Shown: positions 8,074 through 18,879 of the stretch, in pieces
Position numbering within the stretch: the first letter of the stretch is position 1
Layout: each line of letters opens with the position of its first letter
Source: Saccharolobus solfataricus
GTDB lineage: Archaea > Thermoproteota > Thermoprotei_A > Sulfolobales > Sulfolobaceae
Reading direction: 5' to 3'
Length of the DNA: 32,000 nt
Assembly: GCF_900079115.1 (NCBI RefSeq)
Contig: NZ_LT549890.1
Location: 2,970,001-3,002,000 of the forward strand
Notes under the pieces: generated by a model
What the model saw: the letters and a program-made list of their open reading frames with translations, nothing else
Database searches by the model: none
What the model was told of the DNA's origin: nothing
Made by a program: the position numbers and the translations under genes

Positions 8074-9621
8074 GTGAGTAACAAAAATAGAATATTCGTA
8101 AGGGAGACTTCTGGTTTAATAAAGAACGTATCATTATGGGATGCAGTTGCACTCAATATAGGCAATATGTCAGCTGGAGTAGCATTATTTGAATCAATAT
8201 CACCATATGTACAACAAGGAGGAGTATTGTGGCTGGCTTCATTAATAGGCTTCATCTTCGCTATACCACAACTGTTAATTTATGTATTTTTAACGGAAAA
8301 AATTCCGAGAACTGGTGGAGATTACGTTTGGATTTCGAGAAGCCTAAATGGCGGTTTAGGATCCATAATGGCTTTAGCATTGATGATAGAGTCTACAGCT
8401 TACTTCGCACTTGTAGCGTTTTTTACGTCTTCTGCTATAAACACTGCCCTAACAGTAATAGGCGAATATCAACACTCTCCCATCCTCTTAAACATAGCAA
8501 ACAACGTGATAGTTGATCCATATGTAGTAACACCCACCTTACAACAAAGCTTAATAATTTATGGAATTTCAGCGTTGGTTTTCGTAGTAATAATTCTACT
8601 TAACATATTTAGGGCTAAGTGGGGGTATAGAGTAGTGTCAGTTTTGGGAATATTTTCGATAGCGACGTTAATCTTAGCAATGATAGTTCTAGCACTAAAT
8701 TCAAGTGACTTTTACTCAAAACTCTCGACATTAATAACCGCTAATAACCTTAATATTACTATTCCATCGTCAAGAGGATCGTTTTTGCCTTCTTCGCTAT
8801 CTTGGTCTGCTACATTATTCCTCCTACCATTCTTCGCATTATATACATATCCTTGGATGCAAGCTGGACCTGCAGTTGCTGCTGAGTTTAGGGGAAGGAA
8901 GACCGTAAAGTGGAACTTACCGATAGCGCTAATAATCACTGGAATACTGGTAACATTAGCGTTTCTTGAGATGGATTTAATTGGAGGTTATAATTTCAAT
9001 TTAGAGGCTTATCCAACCTTCTTATACAACTTCTGGACTGCAGCAATAGCTGTAGCCTCAAATCCCATATTGCAATGGATAATCGCATTAGGGCTAATAG
9101 TATGGAACATATACATACTTGCTTACGGTGTTATAGTATTTGCCAGATACGTTTTTGCATTATCCTTCGATAGAGTTTTACCGACTAAGTTCAGTGAGGT
9201 TAATAAACATGGCTCACCAGTATACGCTCACGTATTCGATCTCTCACTAACTTTACTATTACTTTTAGTTCCAGCATTCTCCATAGGTGCAGCAATATCC
9301 CTCTATGGTGCGACGATACTTGGAAGCTTATATTTTCTCGTGGTAAGTATAGCTGGTATTGCATTTGGAACTAAGGATAGAAATTATGTATTATCTATAG
9401 CTGGTATAATTTCAGCTGCTTATTTCGCATATCTGACCTATGTGGCCGCAACAAATCCAGATTTCGGATTCATGACTTCTAGCGGACCTAACTTAATTAC
9501 GACTATATTTGTGGTAGGGACATTCATTGCTGGTGCATTGGCATACATCATATCAAAGATTGTTCATAAAAGGAAAGGTATTGATATAGATTTAGCATTT
9601 AAGGAAATACCGCCTGAATAA
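8074..9621 (+). CDS. APC-superfamily amino acid permease/transporter
   Basis: 515 aa, GTG start at 8074. N-terminal [30 protein letters not shown] resembles the APC TM1 signature. 12 or more hydrophobic segments. Confidence 0.8.
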   Translation: MSNKNRIFVRETSGLIKNVSLWDAVALNIGNMSAGVALFESISPYVQQGGVLWLASLIGFIFAIPQLLIYVFLTEKIPRTGGDYVWISRSLNGGLGSIMALALMIESTAYFALVAFFTSSAINTALTVIGEYQHSPILLNIANNVIVDPYVVTPTLQQSLIIYGISALVFVVIILLNIFRAKWGYRVVSVLGIFSIATLILAMIVLALNSSDFYSKLSTLITANNLNITIPSSRGSFLPSSLSWSATLFLLPFFALYTYPWMQAGPAVAAEFRGRKTVKWNLPIALIITGILVTLAFLEMDLIGGYNFNLEAYPTFLYNFWTAAIAVASNPILQWIIALGLIVWNIYILAYGVIVFARYVFALSFDRVLPTKFSEVNKHGSPVYAHVFDLSLTLLLLLVPAFSIGAAISLYGATILGSLYFLVVSIAGIAFGTKDRNYVLSIAGIISAAYFAYLTYVAATNPDFGFMTSSGPNLITTIFVVGTFIAGALAYIISKIVHKRKGIDIDLAFKEIPPE

Positions 9622-9650
9622 TTTTTTGATAAAAATTACTTATATTTTTT
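9622..9650 (+). terminator. Oligo-T transcription terminator candidates
   Basis: TTTTTT at 9622-9627 directly follows the TAA stop (9619-9621), with a second TTTTTT at 9645-9650. Archaeal RNA polymerase terminates at oligo-T tracts. Confidence 0.4.
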
Positions 9651-10055
9651 ATTATTGAAGTCATAAGAGGGAAATTTAAGGTAAAAACATAATTGACAAT
9701 TGATACTCATTATTGCAGTTATAGGTTTACGAGATTTTATAATCTGAAGCATATCATTCAAATTCTAACTATTAGCTCTCACCCTACTCATTCAAGGGAG
9801 AGGTTATAATAAGGATAAATATGGTCTTCGTTATAACAACACTCTTCCTAATTACATAGGGAAAATACTAAAATCATTTACTTTCGGGCGATTCAAGTGT
9901 CTTTTGCGAATTGTAATTTGTAAATAATGCAGTTGCAAAAATGTTAATATTGGTAGTCATGCATCTCTACTAGTTAATCGTCTTCATTCAATTAAATTCG
10001 TAGTAATCTTTGAAATAAAGTAAATTTGCAATGGATATCTGAATCTCCCTTACTT

Positions 10056-11798
10056 TCAAGTTTTTATAATCTTCACAGAAGCTGTATTAATAATTGGAGT
10101 ATTACCATATTTCCCCTTAGCAAAACCTATAATACTATTAATTGGCTTACCGTCAAGGTCAAACAAGAAAGATTTAGGAATAAACAAAACTCCTCTTGGG
10201 ATTAAAGGGTCTCTTTTAAACATGACCTTTACCTTACCGTAATTCGTTGATAAATATCCTATTCCATCAAATTCCGAGTTATAAACGATAACCATCTTAT
10301 TCCCATAAACTTCCTTAAATTGACTATTAGTATAGTTGGGATGTGAGGAAAATACAATAATATTTCCACTAGGTTTACTGAACTTCTCCGGAAGTGGTTT
10401 AACTCTTACCTTACCCTCTGGATATCTTGGTAATAACTTTACGAACCCTTTAGTCTTTAGCTCTGTGATATTAACTCCAGTAGCTTTGCCAATAGCTAAC
10501 CACTCATCCTCAAAAATTACGTTATCATTAATTTCTAGTTTAATAGCCAACATTCTCATTAATTCCACTTCAGTTATTCCTCTCTTTGGTAGAATTGGCT
10601 TATTGAAAACTAGATAATTGTGCCAATAACTGTAAACCACGTCCTCTTTCTCAAGATATGTGGGAGCTGGTAATACTACATTAGCTATCTTTGCAGTTTC
10701 TGACCAGTATGGATCATGTACAACTAGAAATAACCTACCCTCCTTTACAGCATCATAGATTCTATCAGACATTGGTAATGAGTGTAAGGGGTTAGAATTC
10801 CAAACAAACATAAACGTTATCTTACCCTCTTCAATCTCCTTACCAACTTCAGCCATACCTACAATTCTTGAAGGAGAGTATTTGTGAAGTCCTCGCAAAT
10901 ATTTAAAATCTATTCCGAGTCCTTGAGAATTAGCGTAGAAAAACCCCTTTTTCATCCCAATTAATGCCGGTATTAATGAGATTAATGAGATAGCGTCACC
11001 TCCATTTATGCTCCTACCTAACGCAAATCCAATAATTGTTAAAGGTCTTCTATAGTAGTACAGTTCAGCTAACTCATCAATTTTTGAGGAATCCAGACCA
11101 GTAGCTTCTTCAATTTCTTCATCATTAAATGAGTATACATAGTTCCTTAATTCCTCTGGCTCATCTAAGAGTGATAAGTCAGCCCAATTTCTCTCAAATA
11201 ATCTCTTTATGATCCCTATTGCTAAATATACGTCACTCCCAGGTTTCACAATATAGTATTTATTACTCCTCTTAGCGGTTTCCGATATCCTAACATCGAT
11301 CGTTGCCTTATACTTATCTCTAATCAGATTCCAACCATGGATGAAACTAAATACTAATTCACTTCCCCATATGACAAACGACTCGTACTTAAGAAAATCC
11401 TCTGGTAAAGCGCCTATTGAATTACCGTAATGTAACTTAATTGCCTCATGACCTTCTGAACTACATATTGAGTAGTCAGTTGATGCTGCACCTATTACGT
11501 TCCATAATCTTGCTGGGTAATACCACGTTAATAGACCTTGGTTTCCATCATAATCAACGTGAAGAATTTCCTCTTTTTTACGTTTTCTTATCTCCTTAAC
11601 TATTAAGTCTAATGCTTCATCAATATTGCTTAATTTGCCTTCTATATAAACGCTATCGACTCTATTCAATGAGTTTCTCTTTAAATCCGCTATACCTCTA
11701 GAACATGTAAACCCGTTAAAAGGAAATGTATCAATTGGTTTATGATTATCGTCAAATATACAAGTATCATAACAGTCTCTTGTGCAAGCGTGAACCAT
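10056..11798 (-). CDS. Molybdopterin (bis-MGD) oxidoreductase, MopB/DMSO-reductase superfamily catalytic subunit, cytoplasmic
   Basis: N-terminal FeS-cluster Cys motif [15 protein letters not shown]...FTCSRG (C-x3-C-x3-C-x18-C). 580 aa with a C-terminal beta-barrel-like segment. No twin-arginine signal. Confidence 0.8.
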   Translation of the reverse strand: MVHACTRDCYDTCIFDDNHKPIDTFPFNGFTCSRGIADLKRNSLNRVDSVYIEGKLSNIDEALDLIVKEIRKRKKEEILHVDYDGNQGLLTWYYPARLWNVIGAASTDYSICSSEGHEAIKLHYGNSIGALPEDFLKYESFVIWGSELVFSFIHGWNLIRDKYKATIDVRISETAKRSNKYYIVKPGSDVYLAIGIIKRLFERNWADLSLLDEPEELRNYVYSFNDEEIEEATGLDSSKIDELAELYYYRRPLTIIGFALGRSINGGDAISLISLIPALIGMKKGFFYANSQGLGIDFKYLRGLHKYSPSRIVGMAEVGKEIEEGKITFMFVWNSNPLHSLPMSDRIYDAVKEGRLFLVVHDPYWSETAKIANVVLPAPTYLEKEDVVYSYWHNYLVFNKPILPKRGITEVELMRMLAIKLEINDNVIFEDEWLAIGKATGVNITELKTKGFVKLLPRYPEGKVRVKPLPEKFSKPSGNIIVFSSHPNYTNSQFKEVYGNKMVIVYNSEFDGIGYLSTNYGKVKVMFKRDPLIPRGVLFIPKSFLFDLDGKPINSIIGFAKGKYGNTPIINTASVKIIKT

Positions 11799-11875
11799 TA
11801 TTTTTTAAATAGGAAAATACAGAATTTAAGTTTGAGTGAAGAGAGCGACCGTACCTGAAATGTGACGAAATTCCT

Positions 11876-12814
11876 TTAAGCTGAAAACCTTAGTAGAATT
11901 GCGATTAGAATTGCATAGATTCCGAAGAGAGATAATCCCTCTTTGACTTTTATGTTTCTATCCTTTATTATTCCTAAAGCCAATAGACTCGTAGCTAGTA
12001 TTAATAAAAGGTATAGAAGTGATGGTCTAAGACTAACTGTCTGAGAAATACCTATTATACTTAAGAGTAGCGTCATGTTTTCCAATTTACTGCCTATAAA
12101 ATTCATTAATGCTGTAGTTGCACTTGATGGCGAATCGGATATCAACTTTATTGCAGTTAAATTTTCCTCTAACTCTGCTGCAATAGGAGTTATTAGTATT
12201 GCTAGGATTAATGGTTGGACATTAAACACACTGGCAATACTGCTTATAGTAGAAATTAGATACTTGGATATAAAAATCAGTGGTAAACCTCCTATCATAA
12301 CATAGGCTAATCCTTTTATTGCATTACCCTTGTTCTTTTCATTTTTTAATATACCTCTATAATTTTTATATCTTCTATAAATATAGTATATATAAGGAGA
12401 AAGCAAAAAGAGTCCTATGTAGTAGTTTAACTTACCATATACAATTGCTATACCTAAAATTATTACCGCCAAAAGAAATGAACTATATTCTATATTTATA
12501 TCGCTATCTAGAGTAATAATATTAGACTTGTACTTCAGATAATAGAAAATAGAGATAAGCCCTATCCCTAAGGTAAGTAATAATATATTTCCACCTAAAG
12601 CAGAACCTAACGCAATATCATAAAAACCGTTTAAGACAGCTTGAATCACAATAATAGTTTCCGGCAATGCATTTATGAAACCTAATATTAACCCTCCCGC
12701 TATTCCTTTGCCGAAAGACCTTTCTAATTCTCGTGTCCCCTTAGCCATTAAAGTAGCTGAAAATGCAACTAAAATAAGTAAGACTATCAGCTGTAATATT
12801 AAAAACCACACCAA
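11876..12814 (-). CDS. Cation/Ca2+ exchanger (CaCA / Na+-Ca2+ exchanger-like) membrane protein
   Basis: 312 aa and about 10 TM. Two alpha-repeat-like motifs, [12 protein letters not shown] in the N-terminal half and [15 protein letters not shown] in the C-terminal half. Confidence 0.55.
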   Translation of the reverse strand: MVWFLILQLIVLLILVAFSATLMAKGTRELERSFGKGIAGGLILGFINALPETIIVIQAVLNGFYDIALGSALGGNILLLTLGIGLISIFYYLKYKSNIITLDSDINIEYSSFLLAVIILGIAIVYGKLNYYIGLFLLSPYIYYIYRRYKNYRGILKNEKNKGNAIKGLAYVMIGGLPLIFISKYLISTISSIASVFNVQPLILAILITPIAAELEENLTAIKLISDSPSSATTALMNFIGSKLENMTLLLSIIGISQTVSLRPSLLYLLLILATSLLALGIIKDRNIKVKEGLSLFGIYAILIAILLRFSA

Positions 12815-12862
12815 CTTAATTAATATTTATGTTTTACTTCCCTATAAGCTATAATTAAAAAA

Positions 12863-14392
12863 TTACAAGTATTCCCAAATACCTTTCCCTTTATAATTAT
12901 AGACTATTGATTTGTAAGCTGTTACATATTGAATTGTATACCCAATCCCCTCTCTGCCAATTCCAGAATCCTTCCTTCCGCCAAACGGGAAATAGCCAAT
13001 TCCATGTCTAGGATAATCGTTTATATAAATGGCACCCACTTCTAAGAACCTTTGGAGCTTCCTAATCTTGTTTATATCTTTTCCAAATATTGCCGCGTCT
13101 AATCCATATTTTCTACTATTGGAAATTTCTAAAGCCTCGTCAATGTTTTTAACTTTAATTAAAAGCGCTGCGGACGCAAATACCTCCTTATTATAGAAGT
13201 ACATGTCCTTAAGGGTCTCTTTTGGTGCCTCTATTAAAACTGGTTCAATATAAGTAGGACCTAATCTCTTACCTCCAAATAATATTTTCCCACCTTTTTC
13301 TACCGCATCTTTTATAGCCTTTTCCCATTCATCAACTGTTTTCACATCTATGACTGGCCCAACAGTGGTTAACGGATCTCTAGGGTCTCCGACCTTAACG
13401 GATTTCGTTAATTCCTTTATAAGCAAATCTTTAAGCGTATCATAAACTTCCTCTTCAACTAGAACTAACTTCACTGAATCACATCTTTGACCAGTATAAC
13501 TTATTATTCCAGCTGCTATTCTCTGGGCAGCCCACGCCAAGTCCGCATCACTCAAAACAATAGCCGGGTCTCCTCCACCTAATTCCATTATGAATTGTTT
13601 GATCCCTGCATTCCTTACTACTTCTTCTCCAGTTTCAGTACTTCCAGTTAATGATATAGCTTGAATCCTCTTATCTCCTACCACCTTATTCATATCCCTA
13701 CCGGGTATTGTAATAATCGCAAACGAATCCTTAGGAAAACTTGCTAATTCCATAACCTTAGCTAACATTAAGATAGGTAATGGGGTTGATGACGGAGGTT
13801 TAATAATTATCGCATTTCCAATTACGGTAGTATAAACTATTTTATTTACAGTATCAAATAGAGGATAATTAAACGGAACAATTGAAAGAACAACTCCCAC
13901 TGGCTCTTTTCTTACAACAGCTTCAGTTTCCAAAGTCTCTGAACTCCAATCACCGGGTACATAGTCTCCTCTTGTCTCTTTAACATCTAGATCTGCTCGT
14001 AGTAACCTTTCTATTGCAGCCTTAACCTCGCCTTCTGCAGCAGACTTAGTTTTACCATTATTAATCATTAGCACATTAACGAAATCTTCCTTAAATTTAT
14101 CTAACAAAGACGCCATCTTCTTGTATATATCTAACCTTTTCTCACCTGGTGTATCTCGTATACTCCACCTTCCTTTTCTATATATATGCTCCAAGGTATC
14201 ATCTATTTGATTCCAGTTTAATTTAGGAATTTTCCCTATAATATTTAAATCGATTGGACTAATTACATCTTGCCACTCGTCTCCACTGATCCACTGACCC
14301 GATAGATAGGTCTTAAAGTAAGGCACCCCATCCTTTAGTTCATAGATTTCCATAAGTTCCTTAGACTTTATCAACACTGATGTTTTCTCCAT
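12863..14392 (-). CDS. gapN: Non-phosphorylating glyceraldehyde-3-phosphate dehydrogenase (GAPN, aldehyde dehydrogenase superfamily)
   Basis: 509-aa ALDH with ELGGGDP and catalytic Cys in TGQRCDS. It lies immediately downstream of kdgK as in the known Sulfolobus ED cluster. Own TATA-like TTTAAATTTTT lies in the 39-bp gap. Confidence 0.93.
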
Positions 14393-14431
14393 AATATATA
14401 TTCATAAATGGAAAAATTTAAATGTTAGACT

Positions 14432-15382
<951 letters not shown>

Positions 15383-16267
15383 CTATTCTTTCAATATTTT
15401 AAGCTCTACAAGTTTCGCCCTTATACCCTCAACTTTCTTAATTAGCTGCCTTTCTTCTTCATCATCTAGTGGGAATATTGGAGGTCTAGGATATCCTAAA
15501 TCGTATCCTTGGAAATACTTGGTTAATACGTAATTTGAAGATAAGCTCCCAAATATTCTAGACGCCTCTATTACCTCGTCATGAAGGAATTGTAACTTAA
15601 GTGCTTCATCAATTTTCCTTTCCATAGCCAATTTCTTAATTGTCACAGTAACCTCTGGAAGATAATTCGAACCTGCTGCAACATTACCATCTAAACCCGT
15701 AGAAGCTACCGTTGCTATTAACATATCAGAGCCACTATATACTAACATGTTAGGATTTAGACGTTTGTAGTCTAAGGTGTGAATTATGTTTTCAATAGTA
15801 TCCTTTACTCCAGTAAAACAGCCTATCTCTTTAGCGACTTTTGCATCTATGTCTTTTCCCGTTGCCGTCGGGTAATTGTACAAATAGACAGGGTGTGGAG
15901 ATACTTCACACAAGGTCTTAAAATACTTTACCAAATGCTTCTCAGACATTCTTGGGTAATAATATGGAGCATACGAGGCTATACCGACAATATCAAAGTC
16001 TTTACTTAATTTAGCCAATCTTATAGCATCGTCTAGATTCAATCCACCAACTTGAAATATTATCTTATTGGTGACGTCATAAACTGCCTTTAAGTTCTCT
16101 AACTTCTCCTCTGGAGATAACGAAGGACCAAGACCAGTAGTACCGTTGACGAACAACTTATCTATTCCCTTCCTAATGAGATTCTCCGCATGTATCTTTA
16201 ATTTTTCCTTATCTATTCTATTATCTTTAGTGAATGGGGTTATGATTGGAGTTATGATTTCTGGCAT
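15383..16267 (-). CDS. kdgA: 2-keto-3-deoxy-(6-phospho)gluconate/galactonate aldolase, KD(P)G aldolase (DHDPS/NAL family)
   Basis: From ATG at 16267 the product is MPEIITPIITPFTKDNRIDKEKLKIHAENLIRKGIDKLFVNGTTGLGPSL..., which I recognise as S. solfataricus KDG aldolase. I reject the 14-codon upstream extension in the ORF track (to 16309) because it overlaps gad. Confidence 0.96.
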   Translation of the reverse strand: MPEIITPIITPFTKDNRIDKEKLKIHAENLIRKGIDKLFVNGTTGLGPSLSPEEKLENLKAVYDVTNKIIFQVGGLNLDDAIRLAKLSKDFDIVGIASYAPYYYPRMSEKHLVKYFKTLCEVSPHPVYLYNYPTATGKDIDAKVAKEIGCFTGVKDTIENIIHTLDYKRLNPNMLVYSGSDMLIATVASTGLDGNVAAGSNYLPEVTVTIKKLAMERKIDEALKLQFLHDEVIEASRIFGSLSSNYVLTKYFQGYDLGYPRPPIFPLDDEEERQLIKKVEGIRAKLVELKILKE

Positions 16268-16269
16268 CC

Positions 16270-17457
16270 TCAAACACCATAATTCTTCCAGGTTCCCTTG
16301 ACGACCCAAACCGGTTCTTCAATTACATCTAATGGTATTGGTTCAGCTCTTAGCTGTTCTATTATTTTTTCATTAATTGAAACACCTAGTCCAGGCTTGT
16401 ATGGAACCTTAACGTGACCTCCTTCAACTGGCGTTTCATTATATACTAAATCCCTTTTCCACTGAGGGAACCAATCATAGAAGTTCTCAAGTAAATACAA
16501 ATTCTGTGTAACTGCACTTAGTTGTATTTCAACTGCATTCTGTATTGAACCAAAGGCGTTGTGAAAAGCCACCTCTACATCATTAGCTTCAGCTATTTTT
16601 ATAACACTCCTACCTACTGTTACACCACCTATATTAGTTAAATCTGGTTGCAATATGTTTACAAGACCTTCCTCAACGTAAAACGCAGTTTCCTTTTCAC
16701 TTATCAGTCTTTCTCCCAATGCAACCCTTAAATGAGTACTGGCTTTATACTTTCTTAAACCAATTACGTCCTCATGATGTACCGGTTCCTCCATAAATCC
16801 CGGATTGTATTTTTCCAATCTTTTCGCTATCATAATAGCCGAATTCGCATTAAACCTACCGTGATGCTCTATTAAAATATCCACGTTGTCTCCAACTGCC
16901 TCTCTAACAGCCTTTACTCTCTCCTCAGCTTCTCTTAGACCTCTCTCATCTATCCAATCGTAATATGGACCAAACGGATCAAATTTTAAAGCCTTATATC
17001 CCATCTTTACAACGTCTTTTGCCTTTTCCGCAAATTCCTCTGGAGTTACGCAGTCCTGATACCATCCGTTTGCGTAGACTGGTACCCTATCCCTGGTTTT
17101 TCCTCCTAATAATTTATGAATTGGTGCTCCAAGCTCTTTCCCTATTATATCCCATGAGGCTATATCGATTGCACTTACTGCAGTTGCTGATTCAAAAGAC
17201 CTAGCTAAATAGAAATCTTGTTTATACCATTCATGATAGTTCTTCTCAACTTCCTCTACCTCTTTCCCTATATAAGCCTTACTAACTTGTTTAATTGCGT
17301 TATATACAGATATAACTCTTAGTGTGGGTACTGCCTCACCATAGCCTACTTCCCCATTTTCCGTAATGACCCTTGTGACAATCATTATAGATGCCCAAGT
17401 TGCACTTCCTTTCTCTTTCGAGGTGAGTACTATTGGTTCTATTTCTCTGATTCTCAT
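16270..17457 (-). CDS. gad: D-gluconate/galactonate dehydratase (enolase superfamily)
   Basis: 395 aa with mandelate racemase/enolase-type N-terminal capping and barrel domains ([11 protein letters not shown]..., [15 protein letters not shown]-like, EEPV). The stop lies 2 nt before the kdgA ATG. First gene of the ED operon. Confidence 0.94.
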
Positions 17458-17493
17458 AAACTATATTTTGGGTAGCAAATATAAACTTACATA
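17458..17493. promoter_or_regulatory. 36-bp divergent region with two criss-crossed TATA-like boxes
   Basis: TATATTTT (17463-17470) lies about 27 nt upstream of the plus-strand ATG (17494). AAATATAAA (17478-17486; TTTATATTT on the minus strand) lies about 25 nt upstream of the gad ATG (17457). Both transcripts would be leaderless. Confidence 0.45.
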
Positions 17494-17880
17494 ATGGCAA
17501 GAATCAGCGATAAAGACTTAATAAAATTTGTAGGATATATTATAAGGATCATTCTATTCTTTGGAATAGGAGTACAAATTATAATAACTGTGTATGATAT
17601 AGTAACTAGCATATTTTCCCTAAATTTGTTGGATTTAGTAAACGCGACAATAACGGGTCCATTACTAATTTTGGTGTTAATAGAATTATACATAGCAGTA
17701 AACAGTTATTTAACTGGAAAAGAAAGAAGCATAATTAACGTAATTGATGCTGGCATATCGTTTTTCGTTAGGGAACTAATCCTTGAGCTGTTCTCCCACA
17801 ATTACACTATAACTAATATATTTATAATAGCAGGCATAGTAGGAATATTATCGTTCTCTAGATTTATCGCAAACCGTTGA
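17494..17880 (+). CDS. Small 4-TM membrane protein, PsiE-like (phosphate-starvation-inducible E family) - tentative
   Basis: 128 aa with four hydrophobic helices. LLILVLIELYIAV...INVIDAGISFFVRELIL resembles the PsiE core. Preferred over the nested 68-aa antisense ORF. Confidence 0.55.
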   Translation: MARISDKDLIKFVGYIIRIILFFGIGVQIIITVYDIVTSIFSLNLLDLVNATITGPLLILVLIELYIAVNSYLTGKERSIINVIDAGISFFVRELILELFSHNYTITNIFIIAGIVGILSFSRFIANR

Positions 17881-18234
17881 ACAAAGTTCTTGTAAATCGT
17901 TTACAATAAACAAATGAGATTTTGCGTCTTTATCATCACTAGAACCAAATTCTTCTATAAATGCATTATTTTTACTAAATAACAAGGCTAATTCTTTCTC
18001 CCCAACGTGATTCATCACAAATACTCCTATTGGTTCACAAGCTTTTGTTAAGTAGTCTATATGCCAGTGATAGTTGCTCTTTTCTTTATTAAAATGTCTA
18101 CTCACACGTCTACCACAAGATCTTCCACACGATCCAACATAGGCATAAACACCTTTCCTTATTAAAAACTTCTTGCTCTTGGTCCTTATAGTCGTATCAG
18201 TTTTGCATTTAATTAGCAGAATGTAACTTTTCAT
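17848..18234 (-). CDS. DUF123 protein (GIY-YIG-like / Uri-superfamily predicted nuclease)
   Basis: [13 protein letters not shown]...[21 protein letters not shown] matches the DUF123 signature (G-x-Y-x-Y-V-G-S ... R-H ... K ... H-W-H-I-D-Y-L). The ATG overlaps the stop of the upstream gene (ATGA, 18231-18234). Confidence 0.8.
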   Translation of the reverse strand: MKSYILLIKCKTDTTIRTKSKKFLIRKGVYAYVGSCGRSCGRRVSRHFNKEKSNYHWHIDYLTKACEPIGVFVMNHVGEKELALLFSKNNAFIEEFGSSDDKDAKSHLFIVNDLQELCSTVCDKSRER

Positions 18235-18830
18235 AGAACTGGTCTCCTTCTCAAATGCTTACCTCCTTGACCTTTAAACCGCTCTTCCTCCCATACGTTT
18301 CCTCTTTCATGATATCCCCTTTCCTCCCAGTATCCATCAACATAATCCTTTATGAACTCTATTTCAGTTAGCCACTTTGCGCTTTTCCACGCATATAAAT
18401 GAGGAATTATTGGCCTAGCTGGAAAACCATGCTTTAAAGGTAACTTTTCACCATTCATAAACAACGCTACAATTACATTATCTTTTAGCAAATCTTCAAA
18501 CGGTATTATTGATGTATAACCATCTAAACTGTAGAACATCACCCAGTTCACCTTATTTTTCACCTTGGCCATTTCAATCAATAACTTAAAGGGAATCCCC
18601 TCCCATTTAACACTCTTTATTGACCAGCCCGTTACACAATGGAAATCCTCGACTATTTCTTTCCTTGGTAGTTTCATTAATTCTTCATACGTAAATGACA
18701 GAGAATTTTCTACTTCTCCACTGACTTTTAGCCTATATGTTTCTAAGTTAACCTCTGGTATACCAAACTCAGCGTACACTATAAAGTTCTTTATGTATTT
18801 TTGATTTGGTGGTCTCTGAACTTCTTGCAT
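18231..18830 (-). CDS. SUOX-fold molybdopterin-binding oxidoreductase domain protein (sulfite-oxidase/MsrP-like), cytoplasmic
   Basis: 199 aa. [22 protein letters not shown] with the conserved Mo-ligand Cys context, then [15 protein letters not shown]. No signal peptide or Tat motif. Own TATA-like TTTTTTAAAC about 25 nt upstream. Confidence 0.8.
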   Translation of the reverse strand: MQEVQRPPNQKYIKNFIVYAEFGIPEVNLETYRLKVSGEVENSLSFTYEELMKLPRKEIVEDFHCVTGWSIKSVKWEGIPFKLLIEMAKVKNKVNWVMFYSLDGYTSIIPFEDLLKDNVIVALFMNGEKLPLKHGFPARPIIPHLYAWKSAKWLTEIEFIKDYVDGYWEERGYHERGNVWEEERFKGQGGKHLRRRPVL

Positions 18831-18879
18831 AATCTTTATTGTGAAATTACGTTTAAAAAATTGTGTTAGAAATATTTAC

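Noticed and set aside
8046-8255. 69-aa minus-strand ORF spanning the promoter and 5' end of the APC permease gene
   Set aside because: It overlaps the well-supported permease N-terminus, shows no motif, and has odd composition. It is a shadow ORF.
16268-16309. 14-codon N-terminal extension of the kdgA ORF ([14 protein letters not shown]...) given in the ORF track
   Set aside because: It overlaps the 3' end of gad. The recognised aldolase sequence starts at MPEIITP (ATG 16267), exactly 2 nt after the gad stop.
17487-17693. 68-aa minus-strand ORF antisense to the PsiE-like gene
   Set aside because: The plus-strand 128-aa ORF is longer, shows regular TM periodicity, and starts at the right distance from a TATA-like box.
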